Below are positions 45,771 through 55,527 of a stretch of 64,000 nucleotides of DNA, piece after piece. The stretch lies in IMG/VR virus record IMGVR_UViG_3300019926_000016. The stretch is one strand, 5' to 3'. The first letter of the stretch is position 1; the number at the start of each line of letters is the position of its first letter. Source of the stretch: a virus. The notes beneath the pieces were generated by a model. It was not told the origin of the DNA. It made no database searches and saw only the letters and a list, made by a program, of their open reading frames with translations. A program made the translations under genes and the position numbers.

Positions 45771-45929
45771 CTACTTCCCGTCTCCCTTGACAGGACTGGT
45801 AACTGCGTCAAGAATCATCTTGATTCGACCGCGCCGAAGTGCAAGTGCGACGAAAAAGCCGTGTGACCAGATTAAGATGTCCTTCGGATTCGATGCTATG
45901 AAGTCTGTTACGTGTTCTATTCCAAACAT
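45771..45929 (-). CDS. small hydrophobic protein (52 aa)
   Basis: MFGIEHVTDF...IWSHGFFVALALRRGR; TAATG overlap with the upstream ORF. Confidence 0.55.
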   Translation of the reverse strand: MFGIEHVTDFIASNPKDILIWSHGFFVALALRRGRIKMILDAVTSPVKGDGK

Positions 45930-46132
45930 TACTTGAGTCGTGAGAGTACAATATCGCCAGCGAGATACCCCATCCGCCAGTAGTGTTTCTCTTGTTCGTA
46001 GTCCGATTCGTATTCTTCAGTGTCTTTGCCGACGTAACCGCAATACAGCCCGTCTTCGACCGCGTGGATTTCTCGATACGTGAGATTACCGAGAACTGGG
46101 AGAGAAACTGCGGTGTCTGATTCAGAAACCAT
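45929..46132 (-). CDS. hypothetical protein
   Basis: 67 aa, coupled. Confidence 0.65.
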   Translation of the reverse strand: MVSESDTAVSLPVLGNLTYREIHAVEDGLYCGYVGKDTEEYESDYEQEKHYWRMGYLAGDIVLSRLK

Positions 46133-47109
46133 TATTCCAGTCCATAGACGGTAGCTTCAGCAGTTGCGTTTTCATAAGTAGTAAGCTGAAGACTGTTGAT
46201 AGTATTGTTCTTGTCGTATTTGAAATTTTGAAGTGTTGATTCAAGGTCTCCAGATGTTCCAGTCACACTTCCGTATATTTTATTCGATGCTTCGTAAATG
46301 TATAGACCTCCAATAAATATAGTATTATTTACTGAACCAGTGTCTCCCCCTACTCTACAGGTAACACCACCAATTTTTGAACCATCATTTTGATAACCCT
46401 GCCATACGTAATCTTCTGTGTTGTTATTAAAGTTTATTCGCAAGTAGTCACTGGTATCTACAAGGCTTGTCGATTCAACAGAAATGAAATAACTACTGTA
46501 TTCTGAAAGATTAAAGTTAAAAGAAATCGGAGTAGATGAATTATTATCTTCTTGTGTAGTTATTTTTGTTCCGTGTGGAGTTTCAGCAGAATTGTTATCA
46601 ACATATGTTTGAGTGTAATATCGACCATCGTGGTCGTGCGAGGTAAAATCAGATTCGAGTGAAGACACATCAACTCCGTCAACGGTTCCGGTAAGAGTAA
46701 TGTTACCAGAAACAGAGACAGTCCCATCGAGATTCAGGTCGCCTGTCGAATCGTTAATCTCGTAACCTCCCATATCCAGAACGCCTTGCATCTGGTCGCC
46801 GTCACGACGAAGGTGGGTGTACCACGAAGATGTTGAAGTATCCCAAACTTCCAGACGGTCTGTATCGGTGTTCTGGTAGAGGTGGGCCTCTTCCGGCGTT
46901 CCCGGTTCTCCGCCTGTTCCACCAACATCGCTTTCGATACGACTGTTGGTTAGCGGAACGAGATGGTCTTTCACGTCTTCGATGAGATTGTCAATTATGA
47001 AGTTATCCCAATCGTCAACAGGCTGTTCTCCTTCAACGTAGCTGTATCCGTCAGGATACTCTGTACCAGTCGCACCCCAATTTTTGAGGTTAGTATTGTA
47101 GCTTGCCAT
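46132..47109 (-). CDS. tail fibre / receptor-binding protein candidate
   Basis: Follows the baseplate genes; GTVDGVDVS...HDHDGRYYT fibre-like motif; AT-rich C-terminal part. Confidence 0.7.
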   Translation of the reverse strand: MASYNTNLKNWGATGTEYPDGYSYVEGEQPVDDWDNFIIDNLIEDVKDHLVPLTNSRIESDVGGTGGEPGTPEEAHLYQNTDTDRLEVWDTSTSSWYTHLRRDGDQMQGVLDMGGYEINDSTGDLNLDGTVSVSGNITLTGTVDGVDVSSLESDFTSHDHDGRYYTQTYVDNNSAETPHGTKITTQEDNNSSTPISFNFNLSEYSSYFISVESTSLVDTSDYLRINFNNNTEDYVWQGYQNDGSKIGGVTCRVGGDTGSVNNTIFIGGLYIYEASNKIYGSVTGTSGDLESTLQNFKYDKNNTINSLQLTTYENATAEATVYGLE

Positions 47110-47133
47110 AGTAAATCGGTGAGTCGTCTATCG

Positions 47134-47778
47134 TCAGTTAATCAATCCAGCATACGTACCGCCGTTGTCCTTCGGTTCTCCGTTAGAATCTAACCCGTCG
47201 TAACCTTTCTCCGCCTCGTGGTTCCCCGCGTTATACTTCGTCGGTGTAATATACGTGAACGTCCCACGACGGACTGCACTTAGGTTGAAACCAGCCGCAA
47301 TCATTTCTCCGGTAATCGTGACAAACTCGGAGCTTGAGATAGCGAGACTATCGAGCGAATTTCCGGGGACGGTCAACTCGATAACCCCGTGAGCAGTCTT
47401 TTCGTATCCAATTTTCTCAGGTTCAACATCCAAGATTGTTGCCGTGTTTTCTATCAACTCTCTCGTGGTCCCTTCGTTCGTCATCTGCTGAAACTCCGAA
47501 ATTAGACGAGAGCGATACTTTTCTTTTCCTTCACCTTGTTTTGGTTTCAAATCGACCAGTTCTGCAAACCGTTCGAGTTGGTCAACAGTTTCGGCTTCTT
47601 GGACAGTAGTAGCAATATCAAGAGAGTCGATGTCTTCATCGAGGCGGTCTATTGCGTGACCAACAGTATCGAGAAGTTTGAAATTGCCTGAATCTCTATT
47701 CGTAGGCATCCAACCGGGAATCCGGCGAAGAATATATTCACCGGATTCAGAGGTTTCTGCCGCTGTAATTTGAGCCAT
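47134..47778 (-). CDS. baseplate wedge protein (gpI-like)
   Basis: LERFAELV...EKYRSRL pattern; position after baseplate J. Confidence 0.75.
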   Translation of the reverse strand: MAQITAAETSESGEYILRRIPGWMPTNRDSGNFKLLDTVGHAIDRLDEDIDSLDIATTVQEAETVDQLERFAELVDLKPKQGEGKEKYRSRLISEFQQMTNEGTTRELIENTATILDVEPEKIGYEKTAHGVIELTVPGNSLDSLAISSSEFVTITGEMIAAGFNLSAVRRGTFTYITPTKYNAGNHEAEKGYDGLDSNGEPKDNGGTYAGLIN

Positions 47779-47785
47779 TATGAAT

Positions 47786-49519
47786 TTACTTGTCTATCGT
47801 TGTAAAGGACAACGACCCGTCAGTAGCGTCAGCAGAGGCGACTTCGTTATCAGCAATTGCGATATTCGTTGAACCGCTCGGTGGGTCGCTGGTTCCGACT
47901 TCGAGATTCGAGATGTCGTAGACACCTTCTATTTCCCGAATAGCAAATTCAACTTCTCCGTAGATAACGTCATCACCAGCACCAAGACCGAACGAATCGT
48001 TGCCGGAACTGAAACTGCCACCTATGTAATCAACAATCGAGTCTTTGACTTCTTCTTTCCCTTGGAAATTATCCGTTACAGTCAGGTCTGCACTGACGTA
48101 TATCTGGATGCTATTCGGTCGGGAAAATTCAATAGTTTCAGTTTGTCCGTTCGGCAATTCTGCCGCCGCCGAATCTTTTGTGCCGTTGATTCCGCCCCAA
48201 GAAGTGTCTCCGGCGGCCATCGTATAGAGAATTTCTTCAGCAATAGCCTCAGTTTCTCCGTCTTCAACTATAAGTTCGAAGCCTTCGTATGAGCCATCAC
48301 TGTCGTTCTCAATTCGGAAGATATTGACGGAAGATGTTCCGTCGAGGGACTTCATCGCGTTAATCAGTGCAGGAGCAGAAGCACGAGAACCATCAGCAAG
48401 TTCGTCTTTGGCACGTTGCCGAAGTTCATCATCTTCCTCTTCTTCAGTTCCGCCGTCAGTCTTGTGTTTATTAGTTACGTATTCAACGCCTGTCGGCGGG
48501 TCAGGCATTACTGTGATGGTGTTCGGGGCGGTATTCGCGTTTGGTCCCGATTCAACTGCGTTCACAGCAACCGTAACAGCAGTGCTGGTCACGAAGTCGA
48601 AATACTTCTTGGAGTTTGCGTCACCGCTTTTGAACCCGATTCCGCCGTCAGTGTGTGTCGCGTCATAACCATCAATCGCAGAGAACTGGTTTTCGGAACT
48701 ATCATCGAAGACCAGAGAGAAGTCACCGCCACGGTCCCACTTGATTTTTGTTTCAATACGCTCTGACTCGGGAACGCCGGGGGAAGTATCCTCAACGACC
48801 GTGTTTTTTGTCCCGTCCTCGATTACTTCGAGTGCAACGCGGTCAGTGTCAGCGTCAACGACAATCTGATAGTAGTTGTCTGCGTCTATATACGCAAATT
48901 CAGTGATAGAAACTCCATTCGCACCGACCTGCGTATAGAACCTGAAATCAGTTCCGTGTCGTAGGTCAACGCCGCCGTCGTGAATTTCGACTCCATCTAT
49001 GGCAGGCAACTCAAGGCTCTGAGAGCCTTCGAGAACGGTCGAAGACTGAACAGATGCGTCGGACGTGTCCCCCAAGTATTCGGCCACGTCGCCGTCCTCG
49101 AACCGCTCGTAATCTTTAATCTGAACAGTCCCGGTCGTCTCGAAGCGAATCGGACTCCCTGAATCGGTCTGTACGGTCGTCCCTTTTGGAACAGTGTACG
49201 TTGACGTTGCAGGAGTATCCCGGCTGAAGGTAACGTATCCGCTTGCTTTGTCGGCCTTATCGCGTTGAACCCCGATAAGGGCACAGAGAAGGTCAAGTGC
49301 CTCTTTTTCAGCGTAATCTATCTGAGTAGAATTGAGGACCAGCCCGATGTCAGTCTGTGCTTCTGCAAGACGCTTTGCTATCGGACGGTAGAATGACCGA
49401 ATGACGTTGAGAGAAGTGTCATTTAGGTCATCGTCCCAATAGTCTTTTGCGTCGGCTATCATCGCATCGAGAATAGCCTCCGTTGTCTGTTCTTCGAATC
49501 TGCCGTTTACAAGAGTCAT
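47786..49519 (-). CDS. baseplate J-like protein with an internal insertion
   Basis: LDLLCALIGVQR...ASGYVTFSR...GTTVQT, DGGTEEEEDDELRQR, GDDVIYGEV. Confidence 0.88.
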   Translation of the reverse strand: MTLVNGRFEEQTTEAILDAMIADAKDYWDDDLNDTSLNVIRSFYRPIAKRLAEAQTDIGLVLNSTQIDYAEKEALDLLCALIGVQRDKADKASGYVTFSRDTPATSTYTVPKGTTVQTDSGSPIRFETTGTVQIKDYERFEDGDVAEYLGDTSDASVQSSTVLEGSQSLELPAIDGVEIHDGGVDLRHGTDFRFYTQVGANGVSITEFAYIDADNYYQIVVDADTDRVALEVIEDGTKNTVVEDTSPGVPESERIETKIKWDRGGDFSLVFDDSSENQFSAIDGYDATHTDGGIGFKSGDANSKKYFDFVTSTAVTVAVNAVESGPNANTAPNTITVMPDPPTGVEYVTNKHKTDGGTEEEEDDELRQRAKDELADGSRASAPALINAMKSLDGTSSVNIFRIENDSDGSYEGFELIVEDGETEAIAEEILYTMAAGDTSWGGINGTKDSAAAELPNGQTETIEFSRPNSIQIYVSADLTVTDNFQGKEEVKDSIVDYIGGSFSSGNDSFGLGAGDDVIYGEVEFAIREIEGVYDISNLEVGTSDPPSGSTNIAIADNEVASADATDGSLSFTTIDK

Positions 49520-49527
49520 TAACTAAT

Positions 49528-49863
49528 TTATTGAGCCGTCACGTCTTCTGAGAAATCCTCAACTCCTTCATCAGAATAGATGATTCTGACTTCATAGGTA
49601 TCTGCTTCTCCAAGTTTTTCGTTTATGTCTATTGCTTCCAGAGCATCGAGGTTATTGTGTTCCCGTGCAACACGGGTAACTTGTAGTTCAATTTTCTCTT
49701 CGATAGTATTGCTCTGGTATAGACCGGGAAGGGTGTTATACATAAAGTCCGTCAACATCATCACGACGGACTGCTCAAACGCCTCTCGGTCACTGACTGT
49801 TGCTAAATCGTTTCGGTCATCGAGATGTACCGAGAAGTTTGAATTAAGTTTTAGGTCTTCCAT
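49528..49863 (-). CDS. baseplate wedge gp25-like protein
   Basis: LATVSDREAFEQSV pattern, size and position. Confidence 0.7.
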   Translation of the reverse strand: MEDLKLNSNFSVHLDDRNDLATVSDREAFEQSVVMMLTDFMYNTLPGLYQSNTIEEKIELQVTRVAREHNNLDALEAIDINEKLGEADTYEVRIIYSDEGVEDFSEDVTAQ

Positions 49864-50223
49864 TTATTGTTTAGTGCCGTTTATGAACACATCTCCAGAA
49901 GCGTTTAAGTGGAGATTGTAGTCTCCGTCTTGTGTTTCTTCGAACGAAATGCGTGTTTCGTTATCCAATTGAATCGTCAATTCCCCTTCTTCCATTTCGT
50001 CGGGGTAAGCGTCTTCTTTACTGATGACGTTAGTAATGAAACGAGTCCCGTCTTCCAACTGTTCCATCGCTACCTTCATTCCTTGTTTGGGCATCTCGAT
50101 AATGCCCGGATGGGATTTCAGGACGGGAACGTTTCGATACTCTGTATCAATCCGAATTGCACGGACGTTGCAGTAAGCAACTCCGTCCTTGTAGGTTACA
50201 GATGTTACAGTTCCGTGTTCCAT
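49864..50223 (-). CDS. baseplate spike/gpV-like protein
   Basis: OB-fold-like N-terminus (MPKQGMKVAM), DEMEEGEL..Q, C-terminal beta-strand repeats. Confidence 0.7.
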   Translation of the reverse strand: MEHGTVTSVTYKDGVAYCNVRAIRIDTEYRNVPVLKSHPGIIEMPKQGMKVAMEQLEDGTRFITNVISKEDAYPDEMEEGELTIQLDNETRISFEETQDGDYNLHLNASGDVFINGTKQ

Positions 50224-50225
50224 AA

Positions 50226-51665
50226 TTATAGAAGGTCCATCAAATCAGGCTTGAAGACTTCTTCTTCGTTGAGATACTGTTCCGATTTCGGGTCGAAATA
50301 CCGAACGAAAGATTCCACTGGAGCGTCAGGTAGCATCGCAATGTCTACGTTGACCATCCAATTTCCAGAGTCCGTGACTCTGTGTTCAACGCTGTTGACG
50401 ATGTAGATTTCGTTGTTTACGTAGTCGTTGCAAATGTCGTCAGAATCAGGACCGTTCCCGATAGTCCCGCTCTGTGGATTCGGTGTCTCGAAGTTGCTGT
50501 CATCGGGAATCAGATGAAGCAAGTCACCGCACCGCAAATCACGAATTTCAGACACGGAATCCCCCGACAGTTCCGGGTCAAGAGTGATTGTTCCAGTATT
50601 TTGCCGCTTCATCCGTTCACGAAGTGCGGCTTCCGCAACTTCGTCTACACCGTCCCGTTTTGCTCCGGTATTCCTGACTGAAAATGTTTTACCGTAGTCA
50701 ATATCGGTTCGGGTAGCGAATCCAGTTGCTACAACAAGTCCCATTGCATCGGGTTGTTTCTTGAACCAGCCCTCGATGTTTGCCAAGTCACCGATTCCGG
50801 GGTCGTCGTCTAATGCTCCTTCGACAACAACGCTTTTGATAGGTTCTCTGCCGTGGCTAATTTGCGGGTCTTTGTATCTCCAAACACGACTATCATCAGG
50901 AGCGGCCATATGATACTGAGAATTGGTTTCGGGGTATCCAACGTAGAGATACCCACTATCACTGGTCCAAGTTCTCAGGTTGAATTTCTTGTTCAGTCTT
51001 GCAATTGCCTTCAACGGACTAATTTTGTTGAAGTCCACTGCAAAGTAGGAATTTATGAGATTCTGTGTCCTGTTTTGGTTTGCGTCTTGGAGGTTCCCGA
51101 GGTAGGTCCAACGATGTGCTTCACCTAAAATACCGTCTAACTCTCGGATTCTGAATCCTTCACCGTCTGCATTGTCATCGGTAGCGTAAAAATCCAGAGC
51201 CGCATTACCGATTATTTCTTGGGTTGCCCCCTCTGGAATCGTAAATACAATTCCGTTCATCAGGTCGTTTGTGACCTTCTCGAAGCAGTATTGATATGCT
51301 TCAGCCACACTGACTGATTCCCACTGCTTGTCTACGATTCCATCGTCCAAAGATTTCTGCAAATCCTCGAATGTGATGTGGGTGAAGTTATTCCCGTAAC
51401 TGACGTTATCCGGTCGGAATAGAAGACGTTGCACCCACTGCCCGTTAAGATGAACGTCAGCACGTTTCCAGTTGCGGAGTTGGCCGTTTTCATAGCGAGT
51501 ATGAGGTTTCATCATCTCGCCAACCTCCGAATCGAACTTCGCTCGACAGTAATCGAACTCCGAGCGGGACATTTTCATCGTCATCGAAATTGGACGAATC
51601 TCGAAAGGGTCGTCGCCGCCGTTTGCGTCTTCTATCTGAATCGTCCAATCGTGGTCACAAGTCAT
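50226..51665 (-). CDS. baseplate hub protein
   Basis: 479 aa; position between the tape-measure region and the spike. Confidence 0.65.
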   Translation of the reverse strand: MTCDHDWTIQIEDANGGDDPFEIRPISMTMKMSRSEFDYCRAKFDSEVGEMMKPHTRYENGQLRNWKRADVHLNGQWVQRLLFRPDNVSYGNNFTHITFEDLQKSLDDGIVDKQWESVSVAEAYQYCFEKVTNDLMNGIVFTIPEGATQEIIGNAALDFYATDDNADGEGFRIRELDGILGEAHRWTYLGNLQDANQNRTQNLINSYFAVDFNKISPLKAIARLNKKFNLRTWTSDSGYLYVGYPETNSQYHMAAPDDSRVWRYKDPQISHGREPIKSVVVEGALDDDPGIGDLANIEGWFKKQPDAMGLVVATGFATRTDIDYGKTFSVRNTGAKRDGVDEVAEAALRERMKRQNTGTITLDPELSGDSVSEIRDLRCGDLLHLIPDDSNFETPNPQSGTIGNGPDSDDICNDYVNNEIYIVNSVEHRVTDSGNWMVNVDIAMLPDAPVESFVRYFDPKSEQYLNEEEVFKPDLMDLL

Positions 51666-52180
51666 CTATATCCAACAGTGCCGCCCGGAGCGTTCGTAGT
51701 TAGAGCAGTCACGATAGCATTGTTCGATGAACCTTGCTCGTCACGGCCAGTCGAAACAAGGTCAAGAGTGTACTCGAACATCCTTTCTCTGGTTTGCGGG
51801 TCGTATCCCGATTCGTTACCCAGTTCACCAGATTTGATTATACATTCAACGCCGCCGTTTGGAATTAACGGAGATAGAACTTCTACCTTCCCTTCCAAAT
51901 CGAGAAGGGCGTTAAAGACATTTATCTCGCCTTGAAGCAGAAGACCGGAAACGTGTATGTCACGGTTCTTTATTGTCTTTATGGAAACAGATTCACCACC
52001 CCCGCAACTCCCGCCTCCATAGCGGTTGAGTTTCTTTTCTTTACCTTGAGTGAAGTCAGATGGATAAAATTCAGGAATAAAACTATAATGAAGACCCTGT
52101 GGATTTATCTCGAACCCGAGTTGCTGGTTCGGGTTATCGGGGATGTTAGTTTCTGAAGATTGGTTCGGTGAGTTAGGCAT
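51662..52180 (-). CDS. tail tube initiator-like protein
   Basis: Position directly after the tape measure gene. Confidence 0.55.
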   Translation of the reverse strand: MPNSPNQSSETNIPDNPNQQLGFEINPQGLHYSFIPEFYPSDFTQGKEKKLNRYGGGSCGGGESVSIKTIKNRDIHVSGLLLQGEINVFNALLDLEGKVEVLSPLIPNGGVECIIKSGELGNESGYDPQTRERMFEYTLDLVSTGRDEQGSSNNAIVTALTTNAPGGTVGYR

Positions 52181-54126
52181 TAGTTTTGTCCCTCGATGTC
52201 AGATTCGACAGATTCGGTCCTGACAGATGGTTCATCGGTTATCTGAGATGTGCTATTAACGTCCTTGACCACTCCCTCGATTTCTTTCCGTTGAGAGTAG
52301 TCCATATTTCCACTTGCGTTGATTTCGTAACTTCTGTTGTCGTTGATGACAGTACCTCCGCCTCCACCCATTCTGGTTCCACCGCCCACACCAGCACCAG
52401 AAGAAGGTCCATCAGGAGCCATTCCTTTGATTGCTTCGTAACTGACTGCGGCGGCTCCAACAGCAAGACCAGCAGTAGCAAGACCTGCAAGAACACCAAG
52501 AGCGGCATTGGCTTCCCACGCGGCGGCTACAAGACCGTAAAGCATCCCGGTGATTCGTGCAATACCACCGATGACAGTTGAGATAACTCCAGAACCACCA
52601 ACGGTAGAAAGTGCCGCCGCGACTCCGTAGAGTGCAGTCACAACCTTAGACGTGAGAAGGATGAAACCTCCCCAAACGCCCATCAGAGTCAAGATTGTAA
52701 CTATGAAGTCGTTGTTGAGGAATCCCGCAACTGCCGCGAGAATATTGAATAGAGGCTTGAAGTTAACAACAAGTCTCGAAATGAAAGTCGAAAGTTCGTA
52801 TGCCGCGACCGCGAGAGTCACGAATGTACTTCCGAGACGAACTAACAGGTCTTGGTTCGCTTCAGCCTCTTTAATTAGCCACTCGAAGAAGTCCAGAAGT
52901 CCAGAACCGATAAGGCCGCCGAAACGCTTCGAGAGTTGGCTTATCGCCTCTTCGTTCTCGATGATAATTTCTACTGCTTCTTCCATTCCACCGGCAAGCG
53001 CACCACCGAGATTGAAGAGCGTATCTTCGTAAACGGTCAGACCTTCCATCTCTTCAGCGACCGGCTGAAGTGCGCCGGGAATAGCATCAAACGCCCTATC
53101 AGAAATGGGCGCAAATTCTTGCATCGTCGGCTGGAAAGTCTCGAATAGTTCTCTCTTCAAGCCCTGCAATCTCTGTTGGGCGTTGCCGAACGATTCTGCC
53201 ATCGAGTCTCCGTGTCCAAGAAGACCCATTCCGACAATGCTCGCTCCTGCCGCGCCGACCGCACCGAGAGCGGCGGCCACACCAAGTGCTTGTGCGGCAA
53301 AAGTGACCATCATCGGGAGAATTGCGGCCAGCAGTTGCATATACTGACCCATACTCGGAGTCAGTTTCTTCATCTGCTTCCGCATCTTGCTGAAGCCGTT
53401 ATTCAGCGAATCAAGGTCGATAGACCGAACACGCCTTTGCCAGTCTTTTAGACCATCCCCAATATCAACGGAGAAACCTAAGTCAGCAAGTTCTCTTTTA
53501 GAAAGGAGACTTCTTCGTTTGTCTCCCATCGACAACGGTTCCATTCCGAACCGTCCTCGAACACCAGTTCGTTTTCGAGCATCGTAGTCAGGAACAAGTG
53601 GTGAATGTTCGCCAAGATTAGCGACACCGCCGCCGCTTCGCATCTTCAGCATTTCACCAATATCACTATCGCTTACGTGGACAGCATCAGGACCGTAAGT
53701 ACGTTCAAAAATACTTGCGGTGCTACCACCATCAGCAACACCAGAAGCCTCACGAGCAAGGTCAGTAGAAGCATCGGCGGCTTGAACCAACTCAGCCCAG
53801 TTCATATTAACAGGAGGACCACGACCGCCGCCGTTACCGGAACCAGTAGAACCATCAGGACCATCGACTACAAGACCGACTTCAGCCCCGTCAAGTTCTT
53901 TCGCCGCCTTCTCGATGTCGTTCGTGAGACTGTTCAGGTTAACGTCAACGTCTTTGAGTGATTCAGCGAGGGCATCAATCTCGTCAGTGATGTCACCAAT
54001 GTCGGCATCGAAGTCGATGTCGATGTCATCAGCGACCATCTCAAGCCCTTTCAGCGAAGCGGCAATCGCACCGATTTTACCAGTAGCGTCGTTCGCGTTC
54101 AGGTCAAGGTCAATATTAACAGCCAT
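52180..54126 (-). CDS. tape measure protein
   Basis: 648 aa, Ala/Gly/Leu-rich helical with hydrophobic C-terminal part; follows the chaperones. Confidence 0.85.
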   Translation of the reverse strand: MAVNIDLDLNANDATGKIGAIAASLKGLEMVADDIDIDFDADIGDITDEIDALAESLKDVDVNLNSLTNDIEKAAKELDGAEVGLVVDGPDGSTGSGNGGGRGPPVNMNWAELVQAADASTDLAREASGVADGGSTASIFERTYGPDAVHVSDSDIGEMLKMRSGGGVANLGEHSPLVPDYDARKRTGVRGRFGMEPLSMGDKRRSLLSKRELADLGFSVDIGDGLKDWQRRVRSIDLDSLNNGFSKMRKQMKKLTPSMGQYMQLLAAILPMMVTFAAQALGVAAALGAVGAAGASIVGMGLLGHGDSMAESFGNAQQRLQGLKRELFETFQPTMQEFAPISDRAFDAIPGALQPVAEEMEGLTVYEDTLFNLGGALAGGMEEAVEIIIENEEAISQLSKRFGGLIGSGLLDFFEWLIKEAEANQDLLVRLGSTFVTLAVAAYELSTFISRLVVNFKPLFNILAAVAGFLNNDFIVTILTLMGVWGGFILLTSKVVTALYGVAAALSTVGGSGVISTVIGGIARITGMLYGLVAAAWEANAALGVLAGLATAGLAVGAAAVSYEAIKGMAPDGPSSGAGVGGGTRMGGGGGTVINDNRSYEINASGNMDYSQRKEIEGVVKDVNSTSQITDEPSVRTESVESDIEGQN

Positions 54127-54443
54127 TAGTCAGATTCGTGAACTTCGTGGTCGGGATTCAATTCTTTGTTTATATACCGGACAGTCTCTTCTTGGCCCAT
54201 ATCAGAATTACCTGAAGGGCTACCGGAATCAGCGCGAGAGTTGCGAGTCGGGCCGTTGCCCTGTTGGGCTTGCTCTTGCTGTCTCTTTTTCTCTTCTGCC
54301 TCTACCCGTTCCGCTTCATCGAGGACTTGATTTTGGAACGGAGTTAGGTCGCCTATATGGTCAACACCGGGAAGGTCGGTGATGCCATTCGAGTGGTTCT
54401 CTACTCGATTTTTGAAATTACTCGCCGCCCCCGTCTCTGCGAA
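54126..54443 (-). CDS. tail assembly chaperone, frameshifted C-terminal extension (GT-like)
   Basis: Open in the +1 frame from the TTT-CGC site; ends TAATG-coupled to the tape measure gene. Confidence 0.65.
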   Translation of the reverse strand, partial: FAETGAASNFKNRVENHSNGITDLPGVDHIGDLTPFQNQVLDEAERVEAEEKKRQQEQAQQGNGPTRNSRADSGSPSGNSDMGQEETVRYINKELNPDHEVHESD

Positions 54444-54906
54444 AGGCTTCTGCCTTATCAGCGTTAGACGAGATTTCCAACACCCGCTCTGCAATGACGA
54501 GAGATTTTCCACCCTGAAGCATCTTGATTATCTCTTCAACCCCTTCTTCATCTTCACCTTCAGCAATACCCTGTGAAGTGTCGATGCCCATAGAGGCGGC
54601 CTTGTGCATTATCTCAACGAAGTCTTCATCGAATTGCGACGGGTCGATGCTGTCTCCGTCTTCGTCCTTTCCGTCTTCGAGGGCTTCCTGTGCTTCTTCG
54701 GGGTCAAGGTCGAGGCGGTTTTCGAGGAACGCCGCAATCGGAAGAAACTCTTCGTCCGTAAGGGGTCGGACGTACAGTTCGCCTTCCATATCGTAATACG
54801 TGAAGTCAATAGTTTCGCGGAATTGGTCGCCGCGAAGGGCCATCTCACGCAGACGGCTGATGTTAACGTCGTTACTCTGGTCTTCTGCTTCAGCGTTTTC
54901 GGACAT
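54418..54906 (-). CDS. tail assembly chaperone (G-like)
   Basis: Between tail tube and tape measure; ends ...AEAFRRDGGGE. Confidence 0.8.
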   Translation of the reverse strand: MSENAEAEDQSNDVNISRLREMALRGDQFRETIDFTYYDMEGELYVRPLTDEEFLPIAAFLENRLDLDPEEAQEALEDGKDEDGDSIDPSQFDEDFVEIMHKAASMGIDTSQGIAEGEDEEGVEEIIKMLQGGKSLVIAERVLEISSNADKAEAFRRDGGGE

Positions 54907-54977
54907 AAGTGAGTTTGAGTCGGTGATGAGTAGTCGCTAAGAAAACCACAAAACGTAGAAATCGAAAACCGGAGAAG

Positions 54978-55499
54978 TTACTGCTGGTCAGGCTGGTCAG
55001 AGCCTCTGTCCATCGCAACCCAGTCGAACGCAGTCTCGGTTGCAGATTCAGAACGGACTTCGTAACTTTCGGACGTAGCGAGAACGTGTTTGTAGCGTTC
55101 AGGCTCGTCGTTCAGTTCGTGGTTAATGTTGATGGTCATCGGCAACGGAACGCCGTGGTCATCGTAGATGAAGTCCGTAATCGGACCAGTTTCGCCTTCG
55201 CCGCTTGCGTCAGGAGCCTTCTTCGTGAAACGCGACCCCTTGAACATCATCGTACCCGAATACGAAATCGCCGTAATCGAGTATCCGCTTGCTTTCAGCG
55301 AAGATTCTCGAATCTCCGAGATTTCGACTTCTTTCGTGGTATCGAGTCGGGAAATCGGAATCTCGACGTAACCTGCTTCGTTGTCAGGTTCATCGAAACT
55401 CCCGCTCGAATAGTCGATTCCGCTTTCTGCACCCCGCGAAATTACAAGCGTAATGTTCGCGGCGGATTCTATACGGTCAACAGTGCCATTTCGTGCCAT
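54978..55499 (-). CDS. tail tube protein
   Basis: 173 aa, beta-rich, directly after the sheath. Confidence 0.75.
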   Translation of the reverse strand: MARNGTVDRIESAANITLVISRGAESGIDYSSGSFDEPDNEAGYVEIPISRLDTTKEVEISEIRESSLKASGYSITAISYSGTMMFKGSRFTKKAPDASGEGETGPITDFIYDDHGVPLPMTININHELNDEPERYKHVLATSESYEVRSESATETAFDWVAMDRGSDQPDQQ

Positions 55500-55527
55500 A
55501 ATGAATTAAAGTAAGGAGATTCGAGTC

